Assembly: GCF_009914755.1 (NCBI RefSeq)
Contig: NC_060936.1
DNA length: 64,000 nt
From: the human T2T-CHM13v2.0 reference genome, Homo sapiens
Direction: 5' to 3' (one strand)
The notes under the pieces are model-generated. The model was not told where the DNA came from, did no database searches, and saw nothing but the letters and a program-made list of their open reading frames with translations. The translations under genes were made by a program, and so were the position numbers. The number at the start of each line of letters is the position of its first letter. The stretch's first letter is position 1. Positions 51,375 to 64,000 of this stretch are shown piece by piece.

Positions 51375-53369
51375 GTCAAGTCCTACCGACAGCCCTGTGG
51401 GTAACAGTGATAAAAAGGCAGCATTTATGTTTATCTATAGCACAGAAAGCCAAGCTGTTGGAGAAACTGAACAGCAGTTAGAGTGTGAAGCATCTTACAG
51501 AAGAGTATAGTATTGACCACCATATGGAATGACCACCATGTGACCTGACAAAACAAAAATAAGCTAGTGAAGTTCGTGCTGAAAGTAGTGGATAGTAGAA
51601 AAATATTAAATAAAGCTGTAAGTGAAGGTAATCATGTTTGACAGTAGGTCTGTCAGCATGGCAGTGAACACACGTCACTCAGTGCTGTGCTAATTATGAA
51701 ACAAGCAGAGATCACCATGGATTGAAAATTAGGGGGAACTGAATATTCAACAGACTGATAACAGAAGTTTAAAAGACATGGCAGTAAGCTTTCAAACATC
51801 TGTGGCAATAAAGACATCTGATCACGAAGCAGTGAAGAAATTCCTTAGTCATTCCACCAAGGTCACTTCTGGTGAAAGTCTGATGCCAGGACAAGTCTAT
51901 GATGCTGACAAAATACTGTTTTAGCATTATTGCCCCAGAAAGACTACAGCTGATGGGACAGCCTATAGAAACTGAGGATGCCAAGGACAGTAACTATGCT
52001 GGGATGTGCTAATGAAGACAGTGTAAACTTGTTATGAATGGCAAAAGCTTGTGTCCTCACTGTTTAAGGAGTTTCCTACAAGTCCATTATTGTGCTAACA
52101 AAAGGGTGTAGATAATTTAGGGACATCTTTCCCAGTTTATCATTTTGTGTCAGTAACTCATACTCACTGCAGGGAAGTTAGATTGGATGACAACAGCAAG
52201 ACTGCTATTCCTTGATCATTGTTCTGTTCATCTTCCAGCTGAAGTTATTAAAAAGTGTTTATGCCATGTACTTTCACAACACAATTGCGTTAATTCAGCC
52301 ACACGACTAGGATAGCCTTAGACCAGTAAATGAACACTTTGAACAGCATGCTAGCAGCTGTTAATAGAGGCATGGGTGTAGGTTTTCAAAAGGAAACCAG
52401 CATAGCAAATGCTTACATGCTGTTGTCAATGCTTGGAACAGTGATGAGTGTGTGCCTGAACATACAATCTCTGGCCTGCAATTATGTTCAGTGGTGAACA
52501 AGGCAATGACTTTGAAGGATTTTCGTGTGGAAAATGACCTTTGCATATGCAAAAGATATAGCTTCAGAGTCCATTAGTAGGCTGGAAGAAACGGATGTTG
52601 ACTTTTCAAAAGTTGTTCATTGCCAGGGAAATAGCTGAAATGGCTCTGACTAAGGTGATTGTGGCAACAGCAAAAGTATAGTATAGAAGTAGTATCTTCA
52701 GATGACATGGTAGAAGTGTGTGATAGGTTTAAGGACTAGAGCAGAGTATGTTCTTAAATTGTATCAGTCTCATTTTACCAATAAAAATGATAGTTTAAAT
52801 GAGGCAGATGATGCTGGAGGAAGCATTAAAAACCCATTCACCGAATATCTCATCTCTAAAGGGCCCATTTCCTGGTCCTTCAACTGCTTGATGTTTTCTC
52901 ATGTAAAGAAAATATAGTGTAATCTTTTAATCAAAAACAGCATCATAGGTAGACCGATTTCTGTTTAACAGCTGATGCAGGTATTCTGGTGATGCTACTA
53001 GGCCTAGTTACCCTAAGCACTTTTCATTGCATTAGTTGTATGTCTTTTCACTGTTAAAACACCATATGAATAAAGTGATCGCTTATCAGTGGCATATAAA
53101 CTCAAAGTCAAGAATGACGGTGATGCTAAACTATAGGTTGTCCATATGGATGGCTGAGATAGTGACACCTTTACTTTTTGATGGTTTGGTATAAACTTTG
53201 TTTTGAGCACAAATATCATATAAAGTAACCTTCAGTTGATGGTGTACATGAAATTGTTCTTAGATTTGTCCCACCCAAGATCTCTCATGTGAATGCAAAT
53301 ACTCAAATCCAAAAAAACCTGAAGATACTTCTGTTCCCAAGCATTTTGAATAAGGATATTCAACCCATA
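51375..53369 (+). mobile_element. Tigger4 (Zombi)-like DNA transposon with decayed transposase
   Basis: Remnant frames such as HLCLSIAQKAKLLEKL and QVYDADK; terminal 'cccaagcattttgaataaggatattcaacc' of MER46/Zombi type. Confidence 0.8.
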
Positions 53370-54732
53370 GCAGTGACCTGGTTTCTGCCAGTAGACTGGC
53401 AGGAGAAGGAAGTTATACCTGCAGGGGCAGCCAAATCTGGTTATGAGGCATGAGTTGTTATATCCTGAGGGCATGGAAAAGGGTGTCTGGATCTTGCAGG
53501 AGTCATTGGGGGCACCACTTGGTACTTTCACACCCAGGGAGAACGTTGAATCTTTGCCCTTGATTTCCTTGTCTTTGTCAGGCATGGTTGGAGTTGCTCA
53601 AAGATGAGGGTCTGGGTCACTCTACCAGGTACATCTTGTGGAGGGTAAGGGAGATTCCCAGTATAGAACTTTAGAGGTGTGGCTATAGATACACTTCCTG
53701 GATGTGAGTGATAAGAAACCGTATTACTGGGGTAATACTGCATAGAAAGATATTTAAGCTTTTTGTCACTGACCCAGTTCCTTTCAAGACAATGCTACCT
53801 CCCAAGGCCAAAATGATCTAAAGGCATTTGGAGATAACTCAAGTAGAAGTCTCTTCTGAAAGAACTGTTCCTTAATTGCACTACTTCTATATGGACCCGG
53901 GAAGTGCACCTTCAGCTGTCTTTCCCAGATTTCTTTGGTCCCTTCAGAAGTCTTGGATAGTTCAGAACATGGAGGATACAGAGGTTGTGATGTATCCAAT
54001 AAAGCCTGTGAAGCCCAACAGGTTTCTCAGAGGAAGGTGGGAGATTGAGTGGCATATCTATGTCTACAACACAAAAGACATACCAAGCTGCACGTGCATT
54101 CAGTGACTAGAAGCTGTGAGAGCACAGAGGCTCCACCATCTTGCCCTGGAACAGGACTGGAAAAATTCTTGCTCTAGAGCTCCTACAGGGAGGCCAAGGC
54201 TTCATCATGCCTGCATCATGGCTTGGCATCTTCTGTACAATGCAGCCTCCTTTCCCCTTTTCACAGGTGTTGATTCCTAATAAATTTTGATCCACCACCC
54301 ATCACAAATCTTGACTTCATTACAGACTTGGACAGGAACAAGTGGTCCAAGGACATGGAGAGGATCCAGGTGCTGAGCTCCCTCCTGAAGACAGGAAGTA
54401 TTCCTGGACTCACTTTATATAGTACCTGGAATTTGGGTTTGCTTTTCCCTGTAGGCTTTGGGGTTCCTGTGAAGGCTGGAACTATTTTGCACATACAGAC
54501 TCCACTGAGTAACTGAAGTTCCAGCCAGAATTCTACTCCTTCAAAGCCTCTCACTCTAGGAAGGGGAACTTGGCCCCCCTTCCCCTTCCTGCCAGCTGGT
54601 GACGCCTGGGTACTGCCACCAATCCTGCTCACCTGCCTGCTCTGGAAAAGTCTCAGCTGGGCCTTGGGTTTTAATGACAGGGGTACTTAGCCACAAGAAG
54701 AATATACTAGCGCTTTTTACCATCTACACTGA

Positions 54733-55043
54733 TTTTTTTTTTTTTTTTTGAGACAGTCTCACCTCTGTTGCCCAGGCTGGAGTGCAGTGGCACAATCTCG
54801 GATCACTGCAAACTGCCTCCTGGGTTCAAGCAATTCTCCTGCCTCAGCCTCGTGAGCAACTGAGATCACAGGCATGCGCTGCCATGCCCAGCTAATTTTT
54901 GTATTTTTAGTAGAGATAGGGTTTTGCCATGTTGGCCAGGCTGGTCTTGAACTCCCAATCTCAAAGTGATCCATTTGGCTCAGCCTCCCCCAAAGTGGTG
55001 GGGCCTCCCCCAAAGTGGTGGGGTTACAGGCATGAGCCACAGC
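54733..55043 (-). mobile_element. AluS with internal 20-bp duplication
   Basis: Antisense dimer; TSD-like ctacactg on both sides. Confidence 0.9.
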
Positions 55044-55069
55044 CTACACTGGTATTTTTGAACATGTGT

Positions 55070-55192
55070 GTTTTTTAGAGATGGGGTCTCACTACACTGC
55101 CCAGGCTGGTCTCAAATTCCTGGTCTTAAGTGATCCTCTCACCTCAACCTCTTAAAGCACTGATCACAGGCATAAGCCACAATATCCAGCCT
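55070..55192 (-). mobile_element. Alu left monomer (FLAM/AluJ)
   Basis: 'gagatggggtctcactac..cccaggctggtctcaaattcctgg'. Confidence 0.75.
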
Positions 55193-56182
55193 ATTTGTTT
55201 CTAAGAAAAACTAAGGCATATTGGGCAATTTCAAGGTATGGTTTTTTTTTTTTTTTTAGGTGAGGGAAGTCATTTTAATATCTTGACCACAGTCTCACTA
55301 CTTTGGCATTCATGAAGCCATTAGTCAGAGTGTGAATCCAAATCTATTTTAAGCAACCAGAGCATATCTTGCCATGTGGCTTCCACATAAGTCCCAGAGA
55401 CATTGACCTCTTCTGAGATTTTGTAGGATAGCACAAAACAAGAACCTCTGTTTGAGGACTCAACTGTTAAGATTTCCTATTCATGGTTGAAAAGGTTACA
55501 GCATCTAGTTCCGAGTTCTTTATGAAAACTCATGACTGTCTTTGCCTGAACACTGCTGATAAAGTCTCACATGCACAAGAGCAGTTAGGTCTTGTCCGTG
55601 TCTTCTACATGGACACTCAGTAGAAGAGAATACCCCATTCAGGAAGGGCTGGTGTCATCTTGGGTCAAAAGATTCTTTCCAAGCTTCTCATCTACAGGCC
55701 AACTCCGATTCGTATTCTAGATAAGTTCTTAAGAGTTGATGAACAAGAATTCACTGACCAAGACTGATGTCTCTGAAATTCAAGACAGATGAGCTGAATG
55801 AAGTTCAGCACTGCATTCTCTATAAGACATCTTAGGGTAGGGGGGACGCACCCATTTAGCCCGTGGCTGTTCCTCCTGCAGCTCTGCAACATGGCCCAAC
55901 CCTGCAAGTGAGGGAGCAGGTCCAGCCTTGGAGTAGCAGGCAGGAAGTTGTATTTCTCAGGAAGCTGGTAGAAAGCCTTTTGCAGCTTGTCCCAATGATC
56001 CGAGTGGTGCCAAAATGAAAGTGAAAAGAGTACAGAGTGCACATTGTGCACATTACCCTAAAACAAAGTATAATAATAATAAAAAAAGAAAGGAGTACAG
56101 AGTGGAAGAGTAGTTGAGTCTTGATACTCGCAGTATAAGAACAAAAAGCCTCCTGCACCTGATATGTCAAAGACCATCTAAA

Positions 56183-56330
56183 GTTAGCCAGGCATAGGTG
56201 TGTGTATGCCTGTAGTCTCAGCTACTCAAGAGGCTTAGGTGAGTGTGACTTGAGCTTGGGAGGTTGAGGCACAGTAAACATGCCATTGCATTCCAGCCTG
56301 GGCAACAGACTCTGCCTATAAAAGAAACAC
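56183..56330 (+). mobile_element. Alu right-monomer fragment
   Basis: 'ttagccaggcat..cctgtagtctcagctactc..ccagcctgggcaacaga'. Confidence 0.7.
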
Positions 56331-57642
56331 TACATAAAAGCACCACAGAGTGGGAAGGTATCTGAAGGTGAAAGGAAATCCAACCTGCTCCAGGAAAGCA
56401 GAGCTGATGGCAGTGGGTTCAGAAAGGCTGACCTGCAGTCTAGGGCACAGCCCAGTCCCCACTCCCTCTACCTGGCTCGGCCATTCATGGTAAGTGTGGT
56501 CAGAAAGACTCTAGTTAGAAAAGACAATGTCAAAACCAAGTCCACATCATTTCTGCCCCTCAGAGAGCCCAAGTTTGTCCAAAGTGATAGAAGTAGAGTC
56601 CCAAATATTACTATTGACTCTGCTGACTGTAAAGGAGAACAATCTTGCTTAGTTCAAAGGCAGAGCAGTATGTAGAAAGCAGCTACAGAAAAAAGCTGAA
56701 GCACAGGCCTCAGCTAGAGGCAGTGGGAGCTGGCAGAAAGCTCAGCCACCAAATTGAGATGCTCAGCCCCTTTGAGGAAGTAGCTGAATGCTTTAAGGAA
56801 TAATACAACATGTTTGCCATGGCCCTGGACACCAGGCATGAGCTGCCTGTGAGACTGAGCCACCTGGAGGAAGATGGGCAGCGATTCTTAGGTATCTTCC
56901 CAAAGCAAGTTCAGCTGCCCTTGAGTTTGGTTGTTTCTAAGAGTTCTCACAGGTCATCTAAATTTTGCTTGAGACTGTTGCAATAGAACATCACTCCCCG
57001 AAATCCACAGGTAAGACTTCCCCTGCAGAGCTCTCCATTGAATTAATCTGAAGCAGAACGCAACACAGTCCTCCCAGATCCCAAATTATGTTGCTGGATT
57101 GACAGCTTAAGTGATTTTTGAAGTTTTCCAATGAAGATTTTATATATACAGTTACCAAACAGGAGTGACAGCACAGTCGAGTAGGCAAGGTCAGGGTGTT
57201 TGTCAGAAGATGACTTGGACAAGGTTCGGTGGATCTAAGAATGATACCAAGAACTGCAGCAGGCTTACGGAGACACAGGACACTTAAGCAGCTTGGGTGC
57301 CAAAATATAGCCAGATTTCCAGCTGTTGTGATAGCTTTTGGTTGTTTTGCCACATTTGTATGCTTCTTTTGTCTGTTTTGTATTGAAGTGACTGTTGAAA
57401 CTAAAGGTAAAAGGATAAGTGATAATGGAAAGCTTTGAATGAGACTCAGGTTTTTGACTCAACCACCAATTTCTTTTCAACTCCTAACACATAGGTGAGA
57501 CACTTGTGTTAGGATTTGATAGAGCCTTGCCTATCAAATTGGCTCCATGAGTGTTAAGTTCTCATCAGTAATTCGAACTCAAGGCTGGGTCTACCATTGC
57601 TTAGAGTGACTATGAGGACATTCCTCCCTAGATCACAGTTAT

Positions 57643-58600
57643 TGAAGTAGGATACTTCCCTGACCCCTTCGTGGGACTCATGACAGGGATGCCTTGTTTA
57701 CTCAGCCTGCCACTCTCAACTCCTCGAAGGAAGGAGCATGCAAGTGAACAAGGTGGGGACTGGAGTGCATGAGCACTGGAATTGATTGGCAGCCTTGTTG
57801 CGGGCAGGATCACACTCCACTCACTCAGACTCACTGCTGCATTCCACCCCTCATGGGAGGGGGAGGGCAGGTGAGTGAGTGCAGGAGCCAGAGCGAGCAC
57901 TTTTGAGCGCTGGCAGGAGCGAACTTTGCTCAAGCCCCCGGCAGCATCTAGGCAGGGTGCCTGTGACTTCTGAAGCCCCAGGAGGTGTGTCACAGTGCTC
58001 TTTTAGCTCTGCTGTCTATGGATGGTCTTAACAGCTCAATGGGCCCTCCACTCTTTCACATAAGGCAGCTGCCCTCTGCCAGAGAGGGCAAAGGGCCAGC
58101 TGACAGCTTTTTGTATCCACACTGGTGGCTCCTGAGCTCATCTGACTTCCAGAAAAAATGAGGTTGCATGAGTGAATTGATGGATGGTAAATGCAGGGGA
58201 TTTTATTGCCAATGAAAGTGGCTCTCAGCCCTAAGGGGAGCTGAAAAAGGGTAGGGTGGGTTGGTAATCTTCCCCTGGAGTCTGGCTGTCTCTGGCTGGA
58301 TTCTTCTCTGAAGCTATGCCATCAAGCTATTCCTCTGAAGCCAAGCCACTTCTGATGTCTGGCCATAGTCCCTGATGTCCAGCTACTTCTCTCTGCCAGC
58401 TGAGTCTGGGATCTTTATAGGCACAGGATGAGGGCAGGGCAGGTCATGGGTAGTTTAGGAAAAGGCAACATTCAAGCTGGAAAACAAAGATAAAATTTCT
58501 CACTTTGGGCCATAGTTTCAGGCCTTTCAGCTTGCAGGTGGAGTTTTGTTGTGGACCTACCCCTTTTCTGCCCAGAATTTCTCTGCCCCCATCCCTATCA
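57643..58600 (-). mobile_element. ERV1 solo LTR (MER52/LTR28/LTR1-like)
   Basis: Reverse complement begins tgatagggatgggggcagagaaattctgggcaga and ends cctacttca; flanks ttat and ttag. Confidence 0.75.
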
Positions 58601-59555
58601 TTAGGAGGGTCTCTCCAAGAGAGTTTGTGTTTGGAGATACCACAAACAAAATCCCAGAATCATGAAAATTGTTTTCTGCAGCTGCTGAAATAAGTAGGCA
58701 TAAGCCTATAGCCACTAGAACATGATTTCAGTATAAAAACTTCTTTCTGGTTTCAAGATTCCTATTAGTCAGGGAAATCTCAGTCAAGAGTAGTGAACAG
58801 GCCTTGGAAGCTGAACTCAGGTGCATGCAAATCCTGGTTCTTTCACATGTGTCATGTGACACTTACTAGATTCTAAGCCCTAAGCTTAAGTTTCTAGAAG
58901 CAGGAAGGGGGATTTTCATACCAGCCAGTTTATAGCTTAAGAGCACGGGAAGCATCTAGAACAGATCTATAGTAAGCATTTATTTTTTGAGTAATAGAAA
59001 GTTCTTCCATGATTCTATCGGATTATTTGCAGTGAGAATATGAATAAGTCTTGATTTGGATCCAGTTATAGTATTAGCAGTCCTTTCTAGTCTTTCAGAA
59101 TACCTTTAATATTGTGAAGACCAGGCAGATAGTCTAGGTTGACATCTCCTGAAAACTTGATCTTTTTCCCCTTCTTGGGAAGCAGCAGTCCCAGCATGGA
59201 GCCCGGATTAATTTGGGCTAAGATGTGGCCTTTTCAAGTCCTTACCCCAGTTGGGAACAACATATAGGTGCCAGCTGGCTTTGCCCGTTAATACCCTTCT
59301 GTGAATTTCCTGGCTTTAAGTGCCAGAAAGTCATTTATTAGGTAAATGGAGGATGCCCTGAAAATTTACCTGCTATCAACAAAGTCTGTATTCAAAGTCC
59401 AGCTCTCTGAAAAAAACCCGCTTCTGAAACCAGCCTGAGAGCCCTAATCTCTTGCTGGGTCTCAGCTACTAGTGACTATTAAGGGCAAAAACCTCTAGCA
59501 TATGGTTTTTATATAAGCCTGAGTGTTCTTAGAGCTGAGCTGTTAAACATGAGTT

Positions 59556-60696
59556 CCTTTGTCAGATGGATAGATTGCAAAAATGTTCTCCCATTCTGTA
59601 GGTTGCCTGTTCACTCTGATGATAGTTTATTTTGCTGTGCAGAAGCTGTTTAATTAGATCCCATTTGTCAATTTTGGCTTTCGTTGCCATTGCTTTTGGC
59701 ATTTTAGTCATGAAGTCTTTGCCCATGCCTATGTCCTGAATAGTATTGCCTAGGTTTTCTTCTAGAGTTTTTATGGTTTTTAGGTCTTATGTTTAAGTCT
59801 TTAATCTGACAAAGGGCTAATATCCAGAACCTACAAGGAACTCAAATTTACAGGAAAAACAACCCCATCAAAAACAGGGCAAAGGATATGAACAGATACT
59901 TCTCTAAAGATGACATTTATGTGGTCAAACATGAAAAAAAGCTCATCATTGGTCATTAGAGAAATGCCAATCAAAACCACAAGGATATTCCATCTCACAC
60001 CAGTTAGAATGGCAATCATTTAAAAGTCAGGAAACAGATGCTGGAGAGGATGTGGAGAAATAGGAATGCTTTTACACTGTTGGTGGGACTGTAAGTTAGT
60101 TCAACCATTGTGGAAGACAGTGTGGCGATTCCTCAAGGATCTAGAACCAGAAATACCATTTGACCCAGCAACCCCATTACTTGGTATATACCCAAAGGAT
60201 TATAAATTATTCTATAAAAACACATGCACATGTATGTTTATTGCAGCACTGTTCACAATAGCAAAGACTTGGAACCAACCCAAATGCCCATCAATGATAG
60301 ACTGGATAAAGAAAATGTGGCACATGTACACCATGGAATACTATATAGCCATAAAAATGACGAGTTCATGTCCTTTGCAGGGACATGGATGAATCTGGAA
60401 GCCATCATTCTCAGCAAACTAACACAGGAACAGAAAGCCAAGCACCACATGTTCTCACGCATAAGTGGGAATTGAACAATGAAAACACATGGACACAGGG
60501 AGGGGAACATCACACACCAGGGCCTGTTGGGGAGGGTGGGGGACTAGGGAAGGGATAGCATTAGGAGAAATACCTAATGTAGGTAATGGGTTTTTGGGTG
60601 CAGCAAACCACCATGGCATGTGTATACCTATGTAACAAACCTGCGCTTTCTGCACATGTATCCCAGAACTTAAAGTATAATAAAGAAAAAAAAAAA
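59556..60696 (+). mobile_element. L1PA (about PA6-7), 5'-truncated and 5'-inverted
   Basis: Antisense segment 59556-59805, then sense 3' end to poly-A; TSD-like aac(a/g)tgagtt on both sides. Confidence 0.92.
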
Positions 60697-63279
60697 CAAC
60701 GTGAGTTTCCACAAGTCAGACTTTCAACACCAAACAAGTTCCTGGTTTCCAGTGGCTTCCAAAGGGTTCTCAGATAACATCCTGACTTGCTCAAAGCTCC
60801 ATATGATCAGACTCCCTGTCCACATGGCCAATAACCCTCCTTATAGGTACTGTCTTCCACCAATTGGAAACTGTGAGACTAGTTTTTTTGTTTGTTTTGC
60901 AGGTAAGACTGTCATTCTTTGCTTTTATGATAATCTAGTCAAAAGCAGACAGCAAAATTCTAAGGACAATGACATAATAAGTTGAATTGTTCCAGAATGG
61001 AGCCAACACCGACTTTAATAAAAAGTTATTGGTAACTGTCTCAAGAGGTCACACTGAAGACCTCTGAGAAGTTTCCAGAATTGAAGTTCCCAGGTTTTAC
61101 AATCTGTCCCCAGTGAAAAGGACAAGTGCCTAGGCAGGTAAAGGGCATGTGTTTCCCACTGGCAATGTTGGAGACAATCTGTTCTCATAGGCACCTTCCT
61201 CACATATCCCTGTTGTCTATAGACCTTCGAAGAACTTTACAGGCTCACCAAGAGACTGACCACTGCTTTGGGTTTAAGTCAGTCTTAGATTTTGGTAGAC
61301 TTGACAGTCAAGGACTGCTCCCTCAGCCCAGTTCACAGATTTTCCCTGAGGTCCAATTGGGGTATCAGATGCCCAGTGGCCAATACTGAAGCAACAGATG
61401 CAATGAGCCACACACATTTTGAATGAACTAGTATTTGATTCCGTAACTCTGACCCAAAATCAAGATAGTTTCTAGACCTAAGTTTAAGCAAAACCACAGG
61501 TGGTCAAAGTGAACAAGAGTAGAAAGTAGAGAAATAATTGGGCAAGTTTAAGACTTTAGATGGATTGACCCTCCCAAAGAAGACACTGGATCCTAAGTCA
61601 AGGAACCTACAGCTGTATTTTGGAAGAGAGGACTGATAATGTCATGTGCTTCATTTAGCCTATCCCTCTAGGGGAAAAGAAACATAGGGAAGTACTTCTC
61701 ACCATACTGGGCAGTGGATTTGAGGCATTGCAGAATTACAAAGCATTCTTACTCATTCTCAGCCTGATCCTTTTGACAGGAATGGTTCTTCTCAGGATAA
61801 ACCATGAAGTTTGGGTAGCAAAGACCTAGTTCCAGACCTGGGCTACAGAGACCATGACATAAGAGGGTTTAGCTGGGAATGAACAATTGTTCTGTGTTCA
61901 TAACTTCCAGATTTGTAATAGCCAGAGCTAGTATGGCTTGGTCTTTTGCCTTATCACTTTAGGTGACATTTGAGGCTGGAATTGGAAGCCAAAACACTGC
62001 AGGATGGAGTTCTCTGCTCAGGATTACTCAGCTTAAATGAATGCTGGGAAAATTCCTGGACCATTCCAGGAGGCTGCAGAAGGAATACCTGATCATATTC
62101 CTGGAATTTGTCACCTTGTCATGATTACCACAAACGTATCTTGGAGCTGGCATCTTCTCCAGGTCCTAAGACTTCTGTCAGCCTAATGACAGCCAGATCC
62201 CTTTCCATCAGCCAACAATATTTGATGTGATACTTGGAACTGAAGATTACAAAGATTGGAAAGACTTGATGCAGGTTTCCTTCACCATAGCTAAGAACTA
62301 CCTTTTTCATGTATTTCTGGTTTTCTGCTATTGACAATGTGCATTTTGAACAGAATTATAGAGCTTTCTATTATATTTAGCATTAAGGTCCTCATTTCCA
62401 AAAGTTATTCTCTTATATAAAGGAACCAGGACAGCTTCAAAAAATGGTAGTCTAAGGTGAATAAAATTATGAGAAAAGTGCTTGAAGAGAAACATTGAGA
62501 GCACAGCCGGCTTGAAAGTGTTCCTCCCTAACAAAATTTGGTATAACTTATGACAAGATAACCTGATGCATTGCTTCTAGAAAGGCCCTCTGATAGGAGT
62601 ACTATATAGGTGTTGGATAAACTCAAACAAAACAAGGAGACAATTTCAGTAAGTCAAGTTGATATGCCTTTGGATTCTTCAAAAACTTAAGTCTTAGAAA
62701 AAACCGTGTAGGGGGAGTATTTTATCAGTCTCCTTTAAGATCCTGCTTTCCAATCCATACATGTAGCCTCAAGCCTTAGAAGGGACCAAGGTGGAGACCC
62801 CCACCTGCAAGCAGATGCCACAGTTGACCTAACACCCCCTCATAAACCTCATACAACCTGAAGGTTACCTTTCCCCATGAGTCTATTGTGTCTCCTAATG
62901 AGCATGACACTCCTCAATATAGGTGCCCTAAAGAACAGCTGTCTCAGAGCTGGTGATCAAGTAGTAACAAGACCAGACCCTTCCTGCCAATCAGTGAAAA
63001 GTAGGTACTGCCCTAGACTTTACCTGTCTGCTCTAGACACAGGAATACTCCCAAATGAACCTTGCTTTTGAGAAAGGCACTTAGATGAGACATGGTAGAA
63101 GGCAGCTTCATTAGATAGTGGCCCTTCTAGAGCTAAAGATGGGAGGGAAGTAGAGTACTGAGGAGCATACCAGGCTGCTTCTCACTTTTGCCATCTAGAA
63201 CACCTTCCACCATGGCCACCTCAAGTTCCCACTTGAACAGAGGGGTCAAACAAGAAACAAGTTCCTGATTCAGGGTGGG

Positions 63280-63607
63280 TGCTGTGGTTTGTGTCCCCTT
63301 TAAGATTTGGGTATTGAAACTTAAAGACAGTGTGTGATAGTATTAAGGGTGAAGACTTTAACAGGCAATTTGGCAGTGGGGGCTCAGGCCCTCATGAGTG
63401 GGGCTTCATAGAAGATTTGGCTCTTTTGCTCTGTCCACTGAGTGAGGACACAGCAACAAGGCACCATCTTGGAATCAGAGCAGCCCTTATACAATTGAAT
63501 CTGATTCCTTAGCATCGGATTTCCTAGCCTTCAGAACTGTATGAGAAGTTGTCCTAAGTCACCCGGTCTGAAACATCCTGTTATAGCAGCCAAAATGGAC
63601 GAAGACA
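63280..63607 (+). mobile_element. MST/MLT1A MaLR solo LTR
   Basis: tgctgtggttt...gttatagcagccaaaatggacgaagaca; TSD GTGGG at 63275-63279 and 63608-63612. Confidence 0.85.
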
Positions 63608-64000
63608 GTGGGAAAGTCCAAGCCATGTATGTTTGGATTGATGGCATCAGAAGAGGATCATGCTATGAGGTCCACCCCCAGGACAGCAGGCCCAAGTGTG
63701 TACAGTGAGTGGAGTTGATGGCTCTAGTGCTTTTCAATCTGAAGCCTGTAACAGTGACATCTCATCCCTGCTGCCATTTTGGGACTCTTCCTACAAGGAC
63801 CCTAGCCAGCTGGTGTTCTGTGAAGTCTAAGTATACCCCAAAACCTATGAAAGGTCAGTTTAAGACACGCCTGTAAATAGGTAAAGACATGGTGAACAAC
63901 CAGCATCCCTGATTTGGAATGCAACAGGAATATATTTCTTATAGCAGATGGGCATCCCTTCAGTTTGCCTTCCAGTGAATTCCCTGGGTCCCAAGGTTCA

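Noticed and set aside
51375-53369. Domesticated JRK/TIGD-like gene
   Set aside because: The transposase frame has many stops and deletions and ends in a transposon terminus, so it is a dead Tigger copy
55692-57480. Possible endogenous bornavirus-like or processed-pseudogene remnants
   Set aside because: The translations show no motif I recognise, and there is no poly-A or TSD; a translated search would be needed

Overview
Primate (probably human or great-ape) non-coding DNA. I find no intact cellular gene, RNA gene or CRISPR array, and nearly all ORFs in the track are chance ORFs or fragments of retroelements. The dominant structure is a pair of decayed gammaretrovirus-like proviruses in the same orientation, only about 365 bp apart. 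The first is a HERV-H provirus (14560-22205) with LTR7B-type LTRs, an ATCAG target-site duplication, gag-pro-pol-env remnants and a primer-binding site closer to tRNA-Phe than to tRNA-His. The second is a HERV-I/HERV-IP10-like provirus (about 22572-31852) with LTR10-type LTRs and a tRNA-Pro-like primer-binding site. Its 5' LTR has lost its left end and carries a 20 x 36-bp homogenised tandem repeat, against about 4 degenerate units in the 3' LTR. The window also has two twin-primed (5'-inverted) L1 insertions, one with a short 3' transduction, and an old ~650-bp tandem duplication whose junction holds an inverted copy of nearby sequence. Solo LTRs, Tigger DNA transposons, Alus and a palindromic microsatellite make up the rest. 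Repeat family names come from my recollection of consensus sequences and need Dfam/RepeatMasker confirmation. I cannot support a wholly new biological system; the best leads are regulatory or structural.
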